Position numbers and translations under genes: made by a program
DNA from: Candidatus Flemingiibacterium sp.
Lineage (GTDB): Bacteria > Bacillota > Clostridia > Oscillospirales > CAG-272
Assembly (NCBI GenBank): GCA_045635785.1
Contig: JAZTWJ010000107.1
Location: 3,497 to 67,496 of the forward strand
DNA length: 64,000 nucleotides
Reading direction: 5' to 3'
Shown here: one piece after another, positions 1-10,119 of the stretch
Layout: each line of letters opens with the position of its first letter
How positions within the stretch are numbered: the first letter of the stretch is position 1
Notes under the pieces: generated by a model
The model's database searches: none
Seen by the model: the letters and a program-made list of their open reading frames with translations, nothing else
What the model was told of the DNA's origin: nothing

Positions 1-20
1 CGCTCCGCCGCTGTGAGGAG

Positions 21-677
21 GTGGGGATCAACGCCGTGCAATCCCGCGGAAATATGCCCGTCATGGGGCTTCTCGATCGCTATCGCAAAGCGGGCGGTTC
101 CCTTCTTTGGCTTGCTCAAACGGGGAAAAATCTCGAAACCTTTGACGAAGAGCTGGACGAGATGATGAAATATTCGCCCGCCGCCATTTGCATCCACGGC
201 GAGCTGGCGGACGATCTGTATCTGACGGGAAATCTCGATAAATTATCGGTTCTGCTTGAAAAAGTCCGCCGCAAGAACGTTCCTTGCGGCATCTGCGCCC
301 ACTTTCCCGAGGTGCTCGCCTATGCGGAAGAACAAAATCTCCGCCCTGATTATTATATGGCGTCGCTTTATAACCTGACCAATCCCGACCGCTCCCATGA
401 TAAGAATCCCACAGGCGAACGGTTTGAGGAGAGTGATATTCCGCTGATGTATGATGTCATTAAAAAGCTGTCTGCCCCCACCATTGCGCTGAAGATCCTC
501 GGCGCAGGACGGCGATGCGCTTCCCAAGAGCAGGTGCGTGCCGCTTTCATCGAAGCCTTTGCCTCCATGAAGCGCGGCGACGGTGTGCTTGTGGGAATGT
601 TCGATAAGTACGTCGATCAAACAAAGCTGAACGCATCCTACACACTCGATGCCATCCGCCTCGCAGAGGGCGAATGA
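21..677 (+). CDS. hypothetical protein, family not recognised; possibly 5'-truncated by the window edge
   Basis: 218-aa ORF in track. The frame stays open back to nt 3. GTG at 21 abuts GAGGAGG with almost no spacing. A strong terminator follows. Confidence 0.5.
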   Translation: MGINAVQSRGNMPVMGLLDRYRKAGGSLLWLAQTGKNLETFDEELDEMMKYSPAAICIHGELADDLYLTGNLDKLSVLLEKVRRKNVPCGICAHFPEVLAYAEEQNLRPDYYMASLYNLTNPDRSHDKNPTGERFEESDIPLMYDVIKKLSAPTIALKILGAGRRCASQEQVRAAFIEAFASMKRGDGVLVGMFDKYVDQTKLNASYTLDAIRLAEGE

Positions 678-690
678 TTAAGCTGAAAGC

Positions 691-730
691 AAATATCCCC
701 CGACGGACAGTCGGGGGATATTTGGGTTTT
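691..730. terminator. bidirectional intrinsic terminator between convergent ORF 21-677 and glnN
   Basis: AAATATCCCCCGAC-ggaca-GTCGGGGGATATTT forms a 14-bp stem, followed by GGGTTTT. Confidence 0.75.
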
Positions 731-740
731 ATGTATGTGA

Positions 741-2834
741 TTAAATATTGTATAACAGTGCATCGTAGGTGGGGAACGGCCAATAGTCCTTGGCAACGAG
801 CAGTTCCAGAGCATCCGCGGATCTGCGAACCGCATTCATCGCGGGAATGAGGGAATCGCGGATATAGAACATACGGGGTTCCGTCTCCTCTATCGACTGC
901 ATGGTTTGGATAGAAGCATCAAGAAGGCGAATAGAGGTATGCAGTTCGTCCGCCTGTTCGGCAATGGCAGCGATCATTCCTAACTCCGCATTGCAGGTGA
1001 TCTGCAGTGCGATGGAAGCGGATGCACTTTCCGCCAATTCGCGCTTATAGTGCAGAACGGCAGGCAGGATCTCCTTCTTTGCCATATCCAGCATCGTGAG
1101 TGCTTCGATGCTGATCACCTTGCAGTAGCTTTCCATGTGGATCTCATGGCGGGAACGCATCTCTGTTTCGGTGAAAATGCGATGCTTTTCGTAAAGGTCG
1201 ATGTTCTTCTGATTGATGAAATTCGGCAGAGCATCCGGCGTTGTGCGCAAATTCAGAAGTCCGCGCTTTTCCGCTTCATCGATCCATTCATCCGCATAGT
1301 TGTTGCCGTTGAAAATGATGCGCTTATGCTCGGTGTACAGCTCCTTGATCAGCGCTCCAACAGCTTTGTTCACATCCACGCCCGCCGAAAGCTCCTGCTG
1401 TAGCTTATCCGCAATGCGCGAAAGCTCCTCTGCCACAATGGTGTTCAGCGTGAGGTTGGGGCCCGATATGGACATAGACGAACCGCAGCTGCGAAATTCG
1501 AACTTGTTGCCCGTGAAAGCAAAGGGCGAGGTGCGGTTGCGGTCGGTGGTATCCTTGGGGAACTTCGGCAGTACATTGGCGCCGATCTCCATCAGCGATT
1601 TGCAGTGTGCATCGTAGATCGTATCGCTTTCGATGGAGTCGAGGATCGCGGTCAGCTCATCGCCAAGGAAGATGGACATGATCGCAGGCGGTGCTTCCGC
1701 CGCACCGAGACGATGGTCATTTCCCGCCGAGGATACGGAAACGCGCAGCAGATCCTGATAATCATCCACCGCCGCGATTACCGCACACAAGAACAACAGG
1801 AAACGCGCATTGTCCTGCGGCGTTTCACCCGGATCAAGAAGATTTGCGCCGTCTTTAATGGAAAGCGACCAGTTATTATGCTTACCCGAGCCATTGACGC
1901 CCTCGAAGGGCTTCTCATGCAGCAGGCACACCAGATCATGGCGTGCTGCGACTTTTTTCATCATCTCCATGGTGAGCTGATTATGGTCAGTGGCAATATT
2001 GGTGGTGGTGAAGATAGGCGCCAGCTCGTGCTGTGCGGGCGCCGCCTCATTGTGCTCGGTTTTTGCCAGCACGCCAAGCTTCCAAAGCTCGGTATCAAGC
2101 TCATTCATGAACGCCTTTACACGCGGCTTGATGGACCCGAAGTAATGGTCTTCCAGTTCCTGCCCTTTAGGCGGACGTGCACCGAACAGAGTGCGTCCCG
2201 TAATGACCAGATCACGACGTTTTTCATAAAGCGCCTTATCTACAAGGAAATACTCCTGTTCGGGGCCCATGGTAGAAACCACTTGTGCATCCGTACCAAG
2301 CAAATGCAGCACACGGCTTGCCTGACGGGTAACTGTTTCCATCGAACGAAGCAACGGCGTTTTTTTGTCCAGCGCTTCGCCTCCGTAGGAGCAGAATGCT
2401 GTGGGAATGCAGAGTGTGTCATCCTTAATAAAAGCATAGGAAGTGGGATCCCATGCGGTATAGCCACGCGCTTCAAAGGTAGCGCGCAGTCCTCCCGAGG
2501 GGAACGAGGATGCATCCGGCTCGCCCTTGATAAGCTCCTTGCCCGAGAATTCCATAATGATATCGCGGCCCTTATTCACCGGCGTGATAAAGCTATCGTG
2601 CTTCTCCGCCGTCACGCCCGTCATGGGCTGGAACCAATGGGTATAATGGGTTGCACCCTTTTCGATTGCCCAGTCCTTCATCGCGTTTGCGACCACGCTT
2701 GCAACCTCAAGCTCCAGCTCCTCGCCGTTCTCGATGGTTCTCTTCAGCGATTTATAGGTCTCTCGCGGCAATTTCTCACGCATCACGGTATCATTGAATA
2801 CCATGCTGCCGAATATTTCCTGAATGTTGTTCAT
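741..2834 (-). CDS. glnN: glutamine synthetase, type III
   Basis: 697 aa, about 700-aa GS size class. N-terminal region ([13 protein letters not shown]) and central GS catalytic region are recognisable. RBS AGAAAGG lies 7 nt before ATG. Confidence 0.93.
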   Translation of the reverse strand: MNNIQEIFGSMVFNDTVMREKLPRETYKSLKRTIENGEELELEVASVVANAMKDWAIEKGATHYTHWFQPMTGVTAEKHDSFITPVNKGRDIIMEFSGKELIKGEPDASSFPSGGLRATFEARGYTAWDPTSYAFIKDDTLCIPTAFCSYGGEALDKKTPLLRSMETVTRQASRVLHLLGTDAQVVSTMGPEQEYFLVDKALYEKRRDLVITGRTLFGARPPKGQELEDHYFGSIKPRVKAFMNELDTELWKLGVLAKTEHNEAAPAQHELAPIFTTTNIATDHNQLTMEMMKKVAARHDLVCLLHEKPFEGVNGSGKHNNWSLSIKDGANLLDPGETPQDNARFLLFLCAVIAAVDDYQDLLRVSVSSAGNDHRLGAAEAPPAIMSIFLGDELTAILDSIESDTIYDAHCKSLMEIGANVLPKFPKDTTDRNRTSPFAFTGNKFEFRSCGSSMSISGPNLTLNTIVAEELSRIADKLQQELSAGVDVNKAVGALIKELYTEHKRIIFNGNNYADEWIDEAEKRGLLNLRTTPDALPNFINQKNIDLYEKHRIFTETEMRSRHEIHMESYCKVISIEALTMLDMAKKEILPAVLHYKRELAESASASIALQITCNAELGMIAAIAEQADELHTSIRLLDASIQTMQSIEETEPRMFYIRDSLIPAMNAVRRSADALELLVAKDYWPFPTYDALLYNI

Positions 2835-2870
2835 ATTTTTGCCTTTCTGGTGTTTTTATGGAAATATGGT

Positions 2871-2888
2871 CGCTTTCTTTAGAAAGCG
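2871..2888 (-). promoter_or_regulatory. CGCTTTC-N4-GAAAGCG hairpin in the HD-glnN spacer, 37 nt upstream of the glnN SD
   Basis: Sense strand reads GGCGCTTTCtaaaGAAAGCGaccatatttccat...cAGAAAGGcaaaaatATG. The 5' arm is also complementary to the real SD. Confidence 0.3.
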
Positions 2889-2929
2889 CCGTACCGTTTT
2901 CAATTTAATGATAGAATGCGACCGCCTGT

Positions 2930-3589
2930 TTACAGGATCAACTGATTGTTGATGCGAAGACGGAATGCCAGCCCCAGCTTGCGAGCTGCCGCATCGCACA
3001 GCTTCATTCTGCTGAGAAAAATATCGAAATACTCCATGACGGGGCATACCGCAGTATCAATGACGAGCGAAAGCTCGATCTCCCCCTGCTCTGCGCGAAT
3101 GTCAAGCTCTGATTTTTTTACCGAAAAATTCACTCTGTCGTGAATATCAGGATCAACGAGGCTTTCCTTACGTACGCGCGATTCGCGCACATCGGTCTTA
3201 TCGGCAAGGATCAGCGCGGCGGCGATGGCATTGACAGGAAATGCGGTGGCTTCGTCATGATTGCCGATGGCGCAGATAATATCTGCAATTTCTGCAGGAT
3301 CCATGCCCATTTTATCAAGCAAACGGAACGCCATCACGGCACCCGATTGGGCATGCTCCGCGCGATTGACAATATTTCCGATGTCATGCAGATAACCCGC
3401 AATCTCCGCAAGCTCCGCTTCTCTTTTTGAATATCCGAGCGCCAAAAGGATATCCCGCGCGGTGGCGGAAACCTTTCCCACATGGGGAAAGCTATGCTCC
3501 GTGTATCCGAGGGCAATAAGCACCTCGTCTTCTTTTTTGATGTAGGTGCGAATGGCTTCATTCGCCTTGATTTGTTCTATGGTGATCAT
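2930..3589 (-). CDS. HD-domain phosphohydrolase family protein
   Basis: 219 aa with an HD motif (GYLHDIGN ... GNHDE). Confidence 0.8.
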   Translation of the reverse strand: MITIEQIKANEAIRTYIKKEDEVLIALGYTEHSFPHVGKVSATARDILLALGYSKREAELAEIAGYLHDIGNIVNRAEHAQSGAVMAFRLLDKMGMDPAEIADIICAIGNHDEATAFPVNAIAAALILADKTDVRESRVRKESLVDPDIHDRVNFSVKKSELDIRAEQGEIELSLVIDTAVCPVMEYFDIFLSRMKLCDAAARKLGLAFRLRINNQLIL

Positions 3590-3643
3590 TATGTATCATT
3601 CCTTCGCCGTTTTTGGCGGTGTGTTTTGAGTGGGCAACATCCC

Positions 3644-4060
3644 TTACGCATCAAGGAAGCCTTCGCCGAACTGCCAAACCTGCTCCAGCATATGTCCGAT
3701 GTTGCCTTCGCCTGCAAATTTGGTCTGATCGAAATAGTCATGGTTGAAGTCCATCCATAGGAGGGGGTTTTCGTTTCCTTTGATGGGTGTTTGGGTATGC
3801 AGCTTGCCGCACCAAACCTCGACACGGCAATTTTGGTTGTAATATGTAAAGTCCATGAGATGGCGAAGCGTAACTTGCTCTCGGGTGATGGATGTTTCCT
3901 CCAAAAGCTCGCGATAGGCTGCATCCTCGCCCGATTCGCCCGATTCGATTTTCCCTCCCGGAAAGTTGTATAAGCCGAGATAGGGATCTTTGATCCTCTT
4001 GCACATCAGAATGTGCGTTTTATCGGGAGAAAAGATCATCAGACAATTATATCCCTGCAT
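3644..4060 (-). CDS. NUDIX hydrolase
   Basis: 138 aa. Nudix box GGKIESGESGEDAAYRELLEETSI. The start overlaps the nif3 stop (TGATG). Confidence 0.85.
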   Translation of the reverse strand: MQGYNCLMIFSPDKTHILMCKRIKDPYLGLYNFPGGKIESGESGEDAAYRELLEETSITREQVTLRHLMDFTYYNQNCRVEVWCGKLHTQTPIKGNENPLLWMDFNHDYFDQTKFAGEGNIGHMLEQVWQFGEGFLDA

Positions 4061-4830
4061 CAGACTGCCTTGACCAGATTGGAGCTGAAATATGCGGTTT
4101 GGACCTGCGTGTATTCCTTCAAAATCAGCAGCGTCAGATAGCTGCAGATGAAGTCCTCGGTATGGAAGTGTCCCGCTTCAAACAGATTCAATCCGATCGC
4201 ACCCGCATCCTCGAGAATGTGATAGGATAACTGCCCTGTCAGATAGCTGTCAGCGCCGGCTGCCTTTGCTGCCTTAACGAAATCCTTGCCTTCGCCGCCG
4301 CAGATCGCCACGCGGTTTACAACACCGCTTGCCTGCGCAAACAGCACGCGCTCAGCTTGCAATGTTTTCTTGACCTCCAATGCAAAATCCGAACAACCCT
4401 TTGCAATGGGAAGGGTTCCGATCCTGCCGATGTTTCCATCCTCCGATTCGAGAACGGTCACATCCGTCAGTCCAAGCAGCTTTGCAAAAATATCGTTCAG
4501 ACCGCCCGGTGCCGCGTCCATTCTGGTGTGAAAGGACATCACCGAGATCTTCTTTTCCAGACAGCGAAGCACACGCTTTGCCACAGGATCGCTCGGATTT
4601 ACCGCCGTTAACGGCTTAAAGATCATCGGATGATGGGAAACGATGACGTCAAAGTCGCCTTTGATGGCATATTCCACGGTTTCATCCGTCACGTCCAACG
4701 TGCAAAGCACGCGCACGACCTCCCGATTTTCATCCGCGCAAACCATCAATCCGTCATTGTCCCACTCGCATGAAAATTTGCGCGGGAATTTTTTGTCTAA
4801 AAATTCGTATAATTCTTTCACTTTAGGCAT
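4060..4830 (-). CDS. Nif3-like dinuclear metal centre protein (YqfO/GTP cyclohydrolase 1 type 2 homologue)
   Basis: Nif3 N-terminus (ELYEFLDKKFP...WDNDGL...VSHHPMIFKPL). Start moved to the internal ATG at 4830, which has AAGGAGA 8 nt upstream; the track start at 4896 has no RBS. Confidence 0.88.
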   Translation of the reverse strand: MPKVKELYEFLDKKFPRKFSCEWDNDGLMVCADENREVVRVLCTLDVTDETVEYAIKGDFDVIVSHHPMIFKPLTAVNPSDPVAKRVLRCLEKKISVMSFHTRMDAAPGGLNDIFAKLLGLTDVTVLESEDGNIGRIGTLPIAKGCSDFALEVKKTLQAERVLFAQASGVVNRVAICGGEGKDFVKAAKAAGADSYLTGQLSYHILEDAGAIGLNLFEAGHFHTEDFICSYLTLLILKEYTQVQTAYFSSNLVKAV

Positions 4831-4935
4831 TTTTCTGTCTCCTTGCTGTTGATCGGTCGGCGACCTTTTTTTGGAGTCTGCTGCTTTTTTGTGCATTATA
4901 GATATTGCTCTGCGGACGATATACGCAAAGCGAGT

Positions 4936-5628
4936 TCATACCTGTAATTCCTCAATCGTCTTCAAAACCTCAAGATCCATTTGCTGTTCATGCGAATCAA
5001 GTCCGGCAGATGCCCGACCGCGAATGCGCGTTTGGGTGCCGTTTCGAACAAAGTTGAGCCATGAACGGTCCGCTTCGGTAGGAGCTGTACGAACGCGGGC
5101 GAGATTCAGCGCGCCAAGTCGAAGCTCCGCTTCTGTATATGTACGCCGAATGCCGTCAAAACGCGCGGCAATGATTTGATAATGCTTGTTATGCTCTCGC
5201 ACGACAAGCTCATCTAAAATTTGATAGCCATCCGCAAGATAGCGGCGCAGTACTGCCTGCATGGACATGGGCTGAAGAACGAGCAGACATTTTGAGGTGC
5301 GCGGATAGGGGGATGCATCGAGAATGGATGCGATCATTTCACCGCCCATGCCTGCAATGATGATATTATCGGGTGCAAAGGCTTCGATGCCGTCAAGTCC
5401 CGGTCGGCATGCGACGATGATTTTGTCCGCAAGCCCATGCGCGGCAACATTGACGCGCGCACGCTCACAAGGGCCCTCATTGATATCCGAAGCCAGCGCG
5501 CTCGGTGCACCGTTTTCCACTAAATAAATCGGTAAAAGGGCGTGATCGGTGCCAATATCCGCCACACTTCCCTTTTCCACCAGCGATGCCGCGGCGGAAA
5601 GTCTCGCGTCAAGTCGAAAATTTGTCAA
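4936..5628 (-). CDS. trmK: tRNA (adenine22-N1)-methyltransferase TrmK
   Basis: 230 aa with the SAM-MTase motif ADIGTDHALLPIYL. The trmK-nif3 adjacency matches Bacillus yqfN-yqfO. TTG start. Confidence 0.85.
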   Translation of the reverse strand: MTNFRLDARLSAAASLVEKGSVADIGTDHALLPIYLVENGAPSALASDINEGPCERARVNVAAHGLADKIIVACRPGLDGIEAFAPDNIIIAGMGGEMIASILDASPYPRTSKCLLVLQPMSMQAVLRRYLADGYQILDELVVREHNKHYQIIAARFDGIRRTYTEAELRLGALNLARVRTAPTEADRSWLNFVRNGTQTRIRGRASAGLDSHEQQMDLEVLKTIEELQV

Positions 5629-5667
5629 TGATAATCATCACTTTCGCATTTGCGAAAGCTTCCTTTC
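5629..5667 (-). promoter_or_regulatory. SD / anti-SD / SD leader hairpin in front of trmK
   Basis: Sense strand: GAAAGGaaGCTTTCGCaaatGCGAAAGtgatgattatcaTTG. Confidence 0.45.
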
Positions 5668-5681
5668 AGGCTTATACCGCA

Positions 5682-5707
5682 AGCAGGCGCTGTGAACAGC
5701 GCCTGCT
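5682..5707. terminator. GC-rich hairpin just 3' of the DUF1858 gene (the T-run is on the plus-strand side only)
   Basis: AGCAGGCGCTG-tgaa-CAGCGCCTGCT forms an 11-bp stem. Plus strand continues atgCTTTTT; the minus strand has no U-tract, so it may be only a partial terminator or stabiliser. Confidence 0.45.
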
Positions 5708-5714
5708 ATGCTTT

Positions 5715-5915
5715 TTACTTGGATTCGAGGAAATCGTTGATTTTTTCGATCAACGCATCCGCATCGGTGCCATGCACCGCACAAGCCATTTCGATGGTTT
5801 CGCCGCGTGCGGAGGGACAGCCGAGGCAATGCATGCCGATTTCAAGGAAAAACTGTGCTGTTTCGCGATCGAAGTCAAGAACCTCACCGATAATAGAATC
5901 TTTTGTAACTTTCAT
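5715..5915 (-). CDS. DUF1858 / hybrid-cluster-protein-associated redox disulfide domain protein
   Basis: 66 aa with a CxxC motif (MHCLGCP); small single-domain protein of the DUF1858 type. Confidence 0.8.
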   Translation of the reverse strand: MKVTKDSIIGEVLDFDRETAQFFLEIGMHCLGCPSARGETIEMACAVHGTDADALIEKINDFLESK

Positions 5916-6011
5916 TTAATGACCATTGCTTTCACCGCAGTGAAAGCTTCCTTTCTCCCCCTCAGGGGCTTAATTTTTGTTGCAAAAGCTTGAACCTAAC
6001 AAAGTTCAAAC
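5916..6011 (-). promoter_or_regulatory. structured 5' UTR element (copy A of the conserved three-hairpin leader)
   Basis: Sense: GTTTGAACtttgttagGTTCAAGCTTTTGCAacaaaaattAAGCCCCtgagGGGGAGAAAGGaaGCTTTCACtgcgGTGAAAGCaatggtcattaaATG. Confidence 0.5.
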
Positions 6012-6045
6012 TGTAGATGCATCATATTGATTTACATACACCATT

Positions 6046-6074
6046 ATTATACTCCGAAAATGCCGTTTTGTCAA
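6046..6074 (-). promoter_or_regulatory. sigma-A type promoter for the DUF1858-trmK operon
   Basis: Perfect TTGACA-17 nt-TATAAT on the minus strand (-35 at 6074-6069, -10 at 6051-6046). Confidence 0.75.
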
Positions 6075-6128
6075 CGACTACGGGGCACAATTCCCATAAA
6101 ATTTGCGTATTTTTTACTTTTTGCTTCT

Positions 6129-6467
6129 TTATGCCATGTTTTCGGACAGCTTCTTGCCGCCGAGAATATGGAAATGCAAATGCTTGACGCTCTGACAGCC
6201 GTCTTCGCCCACATTTGTGATGATCCGATAGCCGTTAGTCAAGCCTGCTTCCGCTGCGATTGCAGGGATTTTTGCAAAGATTTTTGCAACGATTGCCGCA
6301 TTATCGGCAGCGATGGCATCGGCAGATGCAATGTGCATCTTGGGAATGACCAGAATATGCGTCGGTGCCTGCGGGTTGATATCATGAAATGCCAGCATAT
6401 CGCTGTCCTCATAGGCTTTGTTAGAGGGAATTTCCCCCGCGATAATTTTACAGAAAATGCAATCCAT
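6129..6467 (-). CDS. HIT-family (histidine triad) nucleotide hydrolase
   Basis: 112 aa with the HLHFHILGG triad; RBS AAGGAG. Confidence 0.9.
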   Translation of the reverse strand: MDCIFCKIIAGEIPSNKAYEDSDMLAFHDINPQAPTHILVIPKMHIASADAIAADNAAIVAKIFAKIPAIAAEAGLTNGYRIITNVGEDGCQSVKHLHFHILGGKKLSENMA

Positions 6468-6527
6468 TGGTGACTCCTTGATTTTATAAAAATTTGATGA
6501 AATCGTTTTTTCACATGAACCTTATCA

Positions 6528-8006
6528 TCAGCGAGCCGCGCTGATGCTTTCCACCGCGGCGAGGATCTCCTCACGCTCGTTATAATACAGATAGTCGCCG
6601 CCGATGATCTGATATTTTTCGTGACCTTTTCCCGCAAACAGGATCAGATCGCCTGCCTTTGCATGGGAGATGGCGTAGCGCACCGCTTCGCGTCGATCCA
6701 CAAAGCTGACGTATGGACAGCCACTCATATGCGCTTCGATTTCGGCGATGATCTCCTCGGGCGGCTCATGCCCGGGATTATCGGTGGTGATGATGGCAAG
6801 ATCCGCATACTTGGAAACGACCTCCGCCTGATCGGCGCGACGCTCCTTTGCGCGGTCGCCGATGGATCCGAACAGCACGATCAGCCGTTTTGGCTGATAG
6901 GCAGACAGCGTTTGCAGAGCAGCCTCCATGGATGCGCGATTGTGTGCATAGTCAATGATGGTGATGGCATCGGGCAGTGCTTCTATTGTTTCAAAGCGAC
7001 CGCTGACCGCGGCATTTTTTAGTGCGGTATGGATGGCATCGGGGTTGATCTGCATTTGCTCCGCCACCGCGATCGCCGCAAGTGCGTTGTAGATATTGAA
7101 TGCGCCCGGTATGCGAAGGCTATACGCGTGCTCCCCTGCCTTGCTTTTGCAGGAGAAATTCTCTCCGAGGGCATTTCCGCTTCGATAGCTTCCGAGCTGC
7201 CGTCCGTTTACATCACAGGTGCCTCCCTCGCGCATACCGAAGGTTACGACCAAAGCACTTGCCTGTCGCATCATCACGTCGCAATGCGGATCGTCCGCAT
7301 TGAAGATGCCACAGCGACAATGCTTGAACAGCGCGGCTTTGCACTGCATATAATGCTCAAAGGTCGGGTGTTCCACTCCACCGATATGATCGTGGGAAAG
7401 ATTGGTAAACACGCCGATATGAAAGCGGATCCCATCCACGCGGTGCATAAAGATCGCCTGGCTGGAAACCTCCATAACCACCGCCGCCATGCCGTCCTCC
7501 ACCATTTTTCGGAAAGCCTTGTGAAGCTCGTAGCTTTCGGGCGTGGTGTTTTTGGTTTGGATATATTCATCGCCGATACGAATGCCTGTGGTGCCGATGT
7601 ATGCGGTTTTGATGCCGCCCTTCTCTAAAATAGCGCGCACCAATTCTGCTGTGGTCGGCTTTCCCTTTGTTCCTGTGATTCCGATAACGACCAGCGATCT
7701 TGCAGGATGTGCAAAGAATGCCGCAGATGCATATGCCATTGCCTCGCGGGAATTTTCTACCACGATCTGCGTGGCATCGCTTGGAAGCGGAAGCTCCTTC
7801 TCCGTCAGAAAAGCTCTGCATCCGCGGGCATAGACCGCCTCTGCGTAGTCATGTCCGTCCGACCGCGCACCCTTCAGACAGACAAACAGCTTGTCGCTGA
7901 CATCCGCCGTGCGCGAATCATAGATCATATCGGCAATGTCAACGCTTTCCGCCGCCGGTCCGACGGCTTTGTAGGCAAAGTCCTCGCAAATTTTGCTTAG
8001 AATCAT
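6528..8006 (-). CDS. murE: UDP-N-acetylmuramoyl-L-alanyl-D-glutamate ligase MurE (diamino-acid specificity uncertain)
   Basis: Mur ligase P-loop GITGTKGKPTT. Start moved to ATG 8006, which has AGGAGA 7 nt upstream. The specificity motif reads DNPG rather than DNPR. Confidence 0.9.
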   Translation of the reverse strand: MILSKICEDFAYKAVGPAAESVDIADMIYDSRTADVSDKLFVCLKGARSDGHDYAEAVYARGCRAFLTEKELPLPSDATQIVVENSREAMAYASAAFFAHPARSLVVIGITGTKGKPTTAELVRAILEKGGIKTAYIGTTGIRIGDEYIQTKNTTPESYELHKAFRKMVEDGMAAVVMEVSSQAIFMHRVDGIRFHIGVFTNLSHDHIGGVEHPTFEHYMQCKAALFKHCRCGIFNADDPHCDVMMRQASALVVTFGMREGGTCDVNGRQLGSYRSGNALGENFSCKSKAGEHAYSLRIPGAFNIYNALAAIAVAEQMQINPDAIHTALKNAAVSGRFETIEALPDAITIIDYAHNRASMEAALQTLSAYQPKRLIVLFGSIGDRAKERRADQAEVVSKYADLAIITTDNPGHEPPEEIIAEIEAHMSGCPYVSFVDRREAVRYAISHAKAGDLILFAGKGHEKYQIIGGDYLYYNEREEILAAVESISAAR

Positions 8007-8130
8007 GGTTTGTCTCCTGTATGTGCGGACCACTGCCGCGTGCTTGTTGATGGAAATGCTCTTATGTGAAGATGCCTGCGCGATTTATTTTTTCGCCGTT
8101 TGCTCATAGCACCTCATGCAGAAACCATTC

Positions 8131-8856
8131 TTATCTGCGAAGCTGTTTTCCGCAGGCGAGAATGGATGAGCGTGCAAGACATTCCAGCGAATCCACAAAA
8201 AATTCGTCAAGATGACCTGATTTTTTGATCAGAGACAGTTCTGTACAGCCGAGGATCAGCCGTTCACAGCCAAGACTTCTCATGGCATCGGCGACGGCAT
8301 AAAACGACTGCAGATCGGGCGCGTTGCCCGATTTGATCTCGCCGTAGATGATCTGCATGATACGCCGCTGATCCGCTTCGGACGGCACCAAACATTCGAT
8401 GCCGTGCGATTGGCAGTACTTTTGATAGGTTTGCGAACGGACCGTTCCGTCCGTGGCGAGCAGTCCAAAGCGCTGTACCCCACAGCCCTTGAGGTATTTT
8501 ACCGATTCGTCGATGATATTGAGCATCGGCACAGGAACCGCCGCTTGCAGCTGATCATAAAAATAATGTGCCGTATTGCAGGGGATGGCGATCATATCCG
8601 CGCCAAAATCCACAAGGCGTTTTGCATCGGGAATCATGGCATCAAGTGGATCATCATCCGACTCGCCCACAATAAACGCAGTGCGATCGGGTGTCGTAGC
8701 ACGGCTGGAGATGACGATATCAAGGTGATCCTGGTCGCACGCCGCATCTGTCATCGATGTCAGCAGTTCGTAGAAATACACCGTAGACATGGGGCCGATG
8801 CCGCCCAGCACACCCAGCGTTTTATTCTTTTCCATAATATTTTTTGAATTTACCAT
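8131..8856 (-). CDS. aspartate racemase-type amino-acid racemase
   Basis: 241 aa. N-terminal GVLGGIGPMST and two catalytic Cys motifs (IPCNTAH, LGCTEL) typical of the Asp/Glu racemase family, aspartate racemase size. Alternative start at 8835. Confidence 0.8.
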   Translation of the reverse strand: MVNSKNIMEKNKTLGVLGGIGPMSTVYFYELLTSMTDAACDQDHLDIVISSRATTPDRTAFIVGESDDDPLDAMIPDAKRLVDFGADMIAIPCNTAHYFYDQLQAAVPVPMLNIIDESVKYLKGCGVQRFGLLATDGTVRSQTYQKYCQSHGIECLVPSEADQRRIMQIIYGEIKSGNAPDLQSFYAVADAMRSLGCERLILGCTELSLIKKSGHLDEFFVDSLECLARSSILACGKQLRR

Positions 8857-10054
8857 AATGATTATGCCCGTGCATTAAAAGAAATGCAGTCCTTTTAAAA
8901 TTGAAGAAAGTGTCGGGGCGATACCAAAGTGCCGCATGCGCCTTGCCTGCGCTTGCCAATTTCTTGGCGCGCGCGATATTTTCTTTATCACGGCAAAATC
9001 CGTAAACCACGCGCTTTGGAATGCTATGCCAAAAAATTTCCTCATCGCAGAAATAGGTCTCGCCGAGGTCTTTTTCCTCCACATGATCCTCTACGATATT
9101 TTGCGCCACATTGCAGCCTGCCGATGTGACGTAATGATTGGAGCGCCCAAGTCGCAGATTGATTTCGAATGTGCGGAAGCTTCCGTCACGGCTGTCGAAT
9201 TTGATGTCGAAATTCGAATAACCCACAAAGCCGATCTCTTCAAGATATGCCTTGAATTTTTCCATCAGCGGCTTATCCTTTTCCGTAATGATGGCGCAGT
9301 GATTGCCAAGTCCCTTTGGCGTATGCTCCTCTAAAAGCACATGCCCGAGGCACATCATCTTGACTTTTCCGTGTCTGTCCGAATAAGCGGTCAGCACGCG
9401 CATATTGGAGTCGTCGCCCGGGATCATATCCTGCAAAATGATCTTCTCCGGATAGCCCGAAGCGTATATACGGCGAATGATGATCTCCGCTTCTCCCTTG
9501 GTTGCGGCTGTGTAAACCTTTTTCATACCGTCAAAGGGATATTTCCAATAGATGGCGCTGGCGGAGGGCTTGATGATGACCGGATAGGAAAAACCAAGTG
9601 CGCTTTCATCCAGCACGTTTTGAAGATTTGTATCGGGCGTGATCACCGCCGTTTTGGGATACGGAATACCAAAGCGGTCACAATCCTCATAGAAGTTCGC
9701 TTTATATGCAAGTCTTTCAAACAGATCCGCGCCGATATAAGGCACGATATAGCGCGGACGCAGTTTTTCGCCATGGTGGATCAGCATTGCCGCATAGTCG
9801 TCGGTGCATCCGAATGCGATAAGTGTGGCATCCTGATGCGCCTTTGCAAAATCCAGCAGCGTTTGTACCATAACCTCCGGCTCATCCAGTTTTTCTACGG
9901 CGGTGAAGCGCAGGATACGGGTATAGCAGGATGCGCCGATGGCGTATCTGCCGAATGCCTGCGATTTTACACCGTACTTTTCATGAAAGGCGCGGGCAAC
10001 GCTGTAACAGTTGAGGTCCGCGCCGAGCAGCACGGGAATGATCGTATCTTTCAT
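8822..10054 (-). CDS. ATP-grasp carboxylate-amine ligase (D-aspartate ligase-like by context)
   Basis: 410 aa with ATP-grasp fold features (VIIKPSAS..., EINLRLGRSN). Its 3' end overlaps the racemase start. Confidence 0.65.
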   Translation of the reverse strand: MKDTIIPVLLGADLNCYSVARAFHEKYGVKSQAFGRYAIGASCYTRILRFTAVEKLDEPEVMVQTLLDFAKAHQDATLIAFGCTDDYAAMLIHHGEKLRPRYIVPYIGADLFERLAYKANFYEDCDRFGIPYPKTAVITPDTNLQNVLDESALGFSYPVIIKPSASAIYWKYPFDGMKKVYTAATKGEAEIIIRRIYASGYPEKIILQDMIPGDDSNMRVLTAYSDRHGKVKMMCLGHVLLEEHTPKGLGNHCAIITEKDKPLMEKFKAYLEEIGFVGYSNFDIKFDSRDGSFRTFEINLRLGRSNHYVTSAGCNVAQNIVEDHVEEKDLGETYFCDEEIFWHSIPKRVVYGFCRDKENIARAKKLASAGKAHAALWYRPDTFFNFKRTAFLLMHGHNHYGKFKKYYGKE

Positions 10055-10119
10055 TATATCGTTCCATTGCCCATACGGGCATCCTTATTTATGTTTTATA
10101 TGCGAGATATTTTGGCTCG

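Noticed and set aside
4831-4896. N-terminal extensions in the ORF track for many genes: 4896, 8033, 13040, 16876, 18362, 23216, 25922, 29116, 29861, 30862, 30946, 32364, 34459, 39978, 40908, 42119, 48931, 57546 and 63707.
   Set aside because: An internal ATG preceded by a good SD at proper spacing exists in each case, and family N-termini align to it. Several of the extensions would run through promoters, terminators or leader hairpins.
5916-5930. 4-codon upstream mini-ORFs (ATG GTC ATT AAA TGA at 5915; ATG GTG ATT TTA TGA at 46637) whose stop overlaps the main ATG, suggesting uORF coupling via the conserved CATGGT box.
   Set aside because: In the other copies (13109, 52484, 5628) the same ATG is out of frame and opens longer or unrelated frames. 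No SD is positioned for it. The CATGG conservation is better explained at the RNA level.
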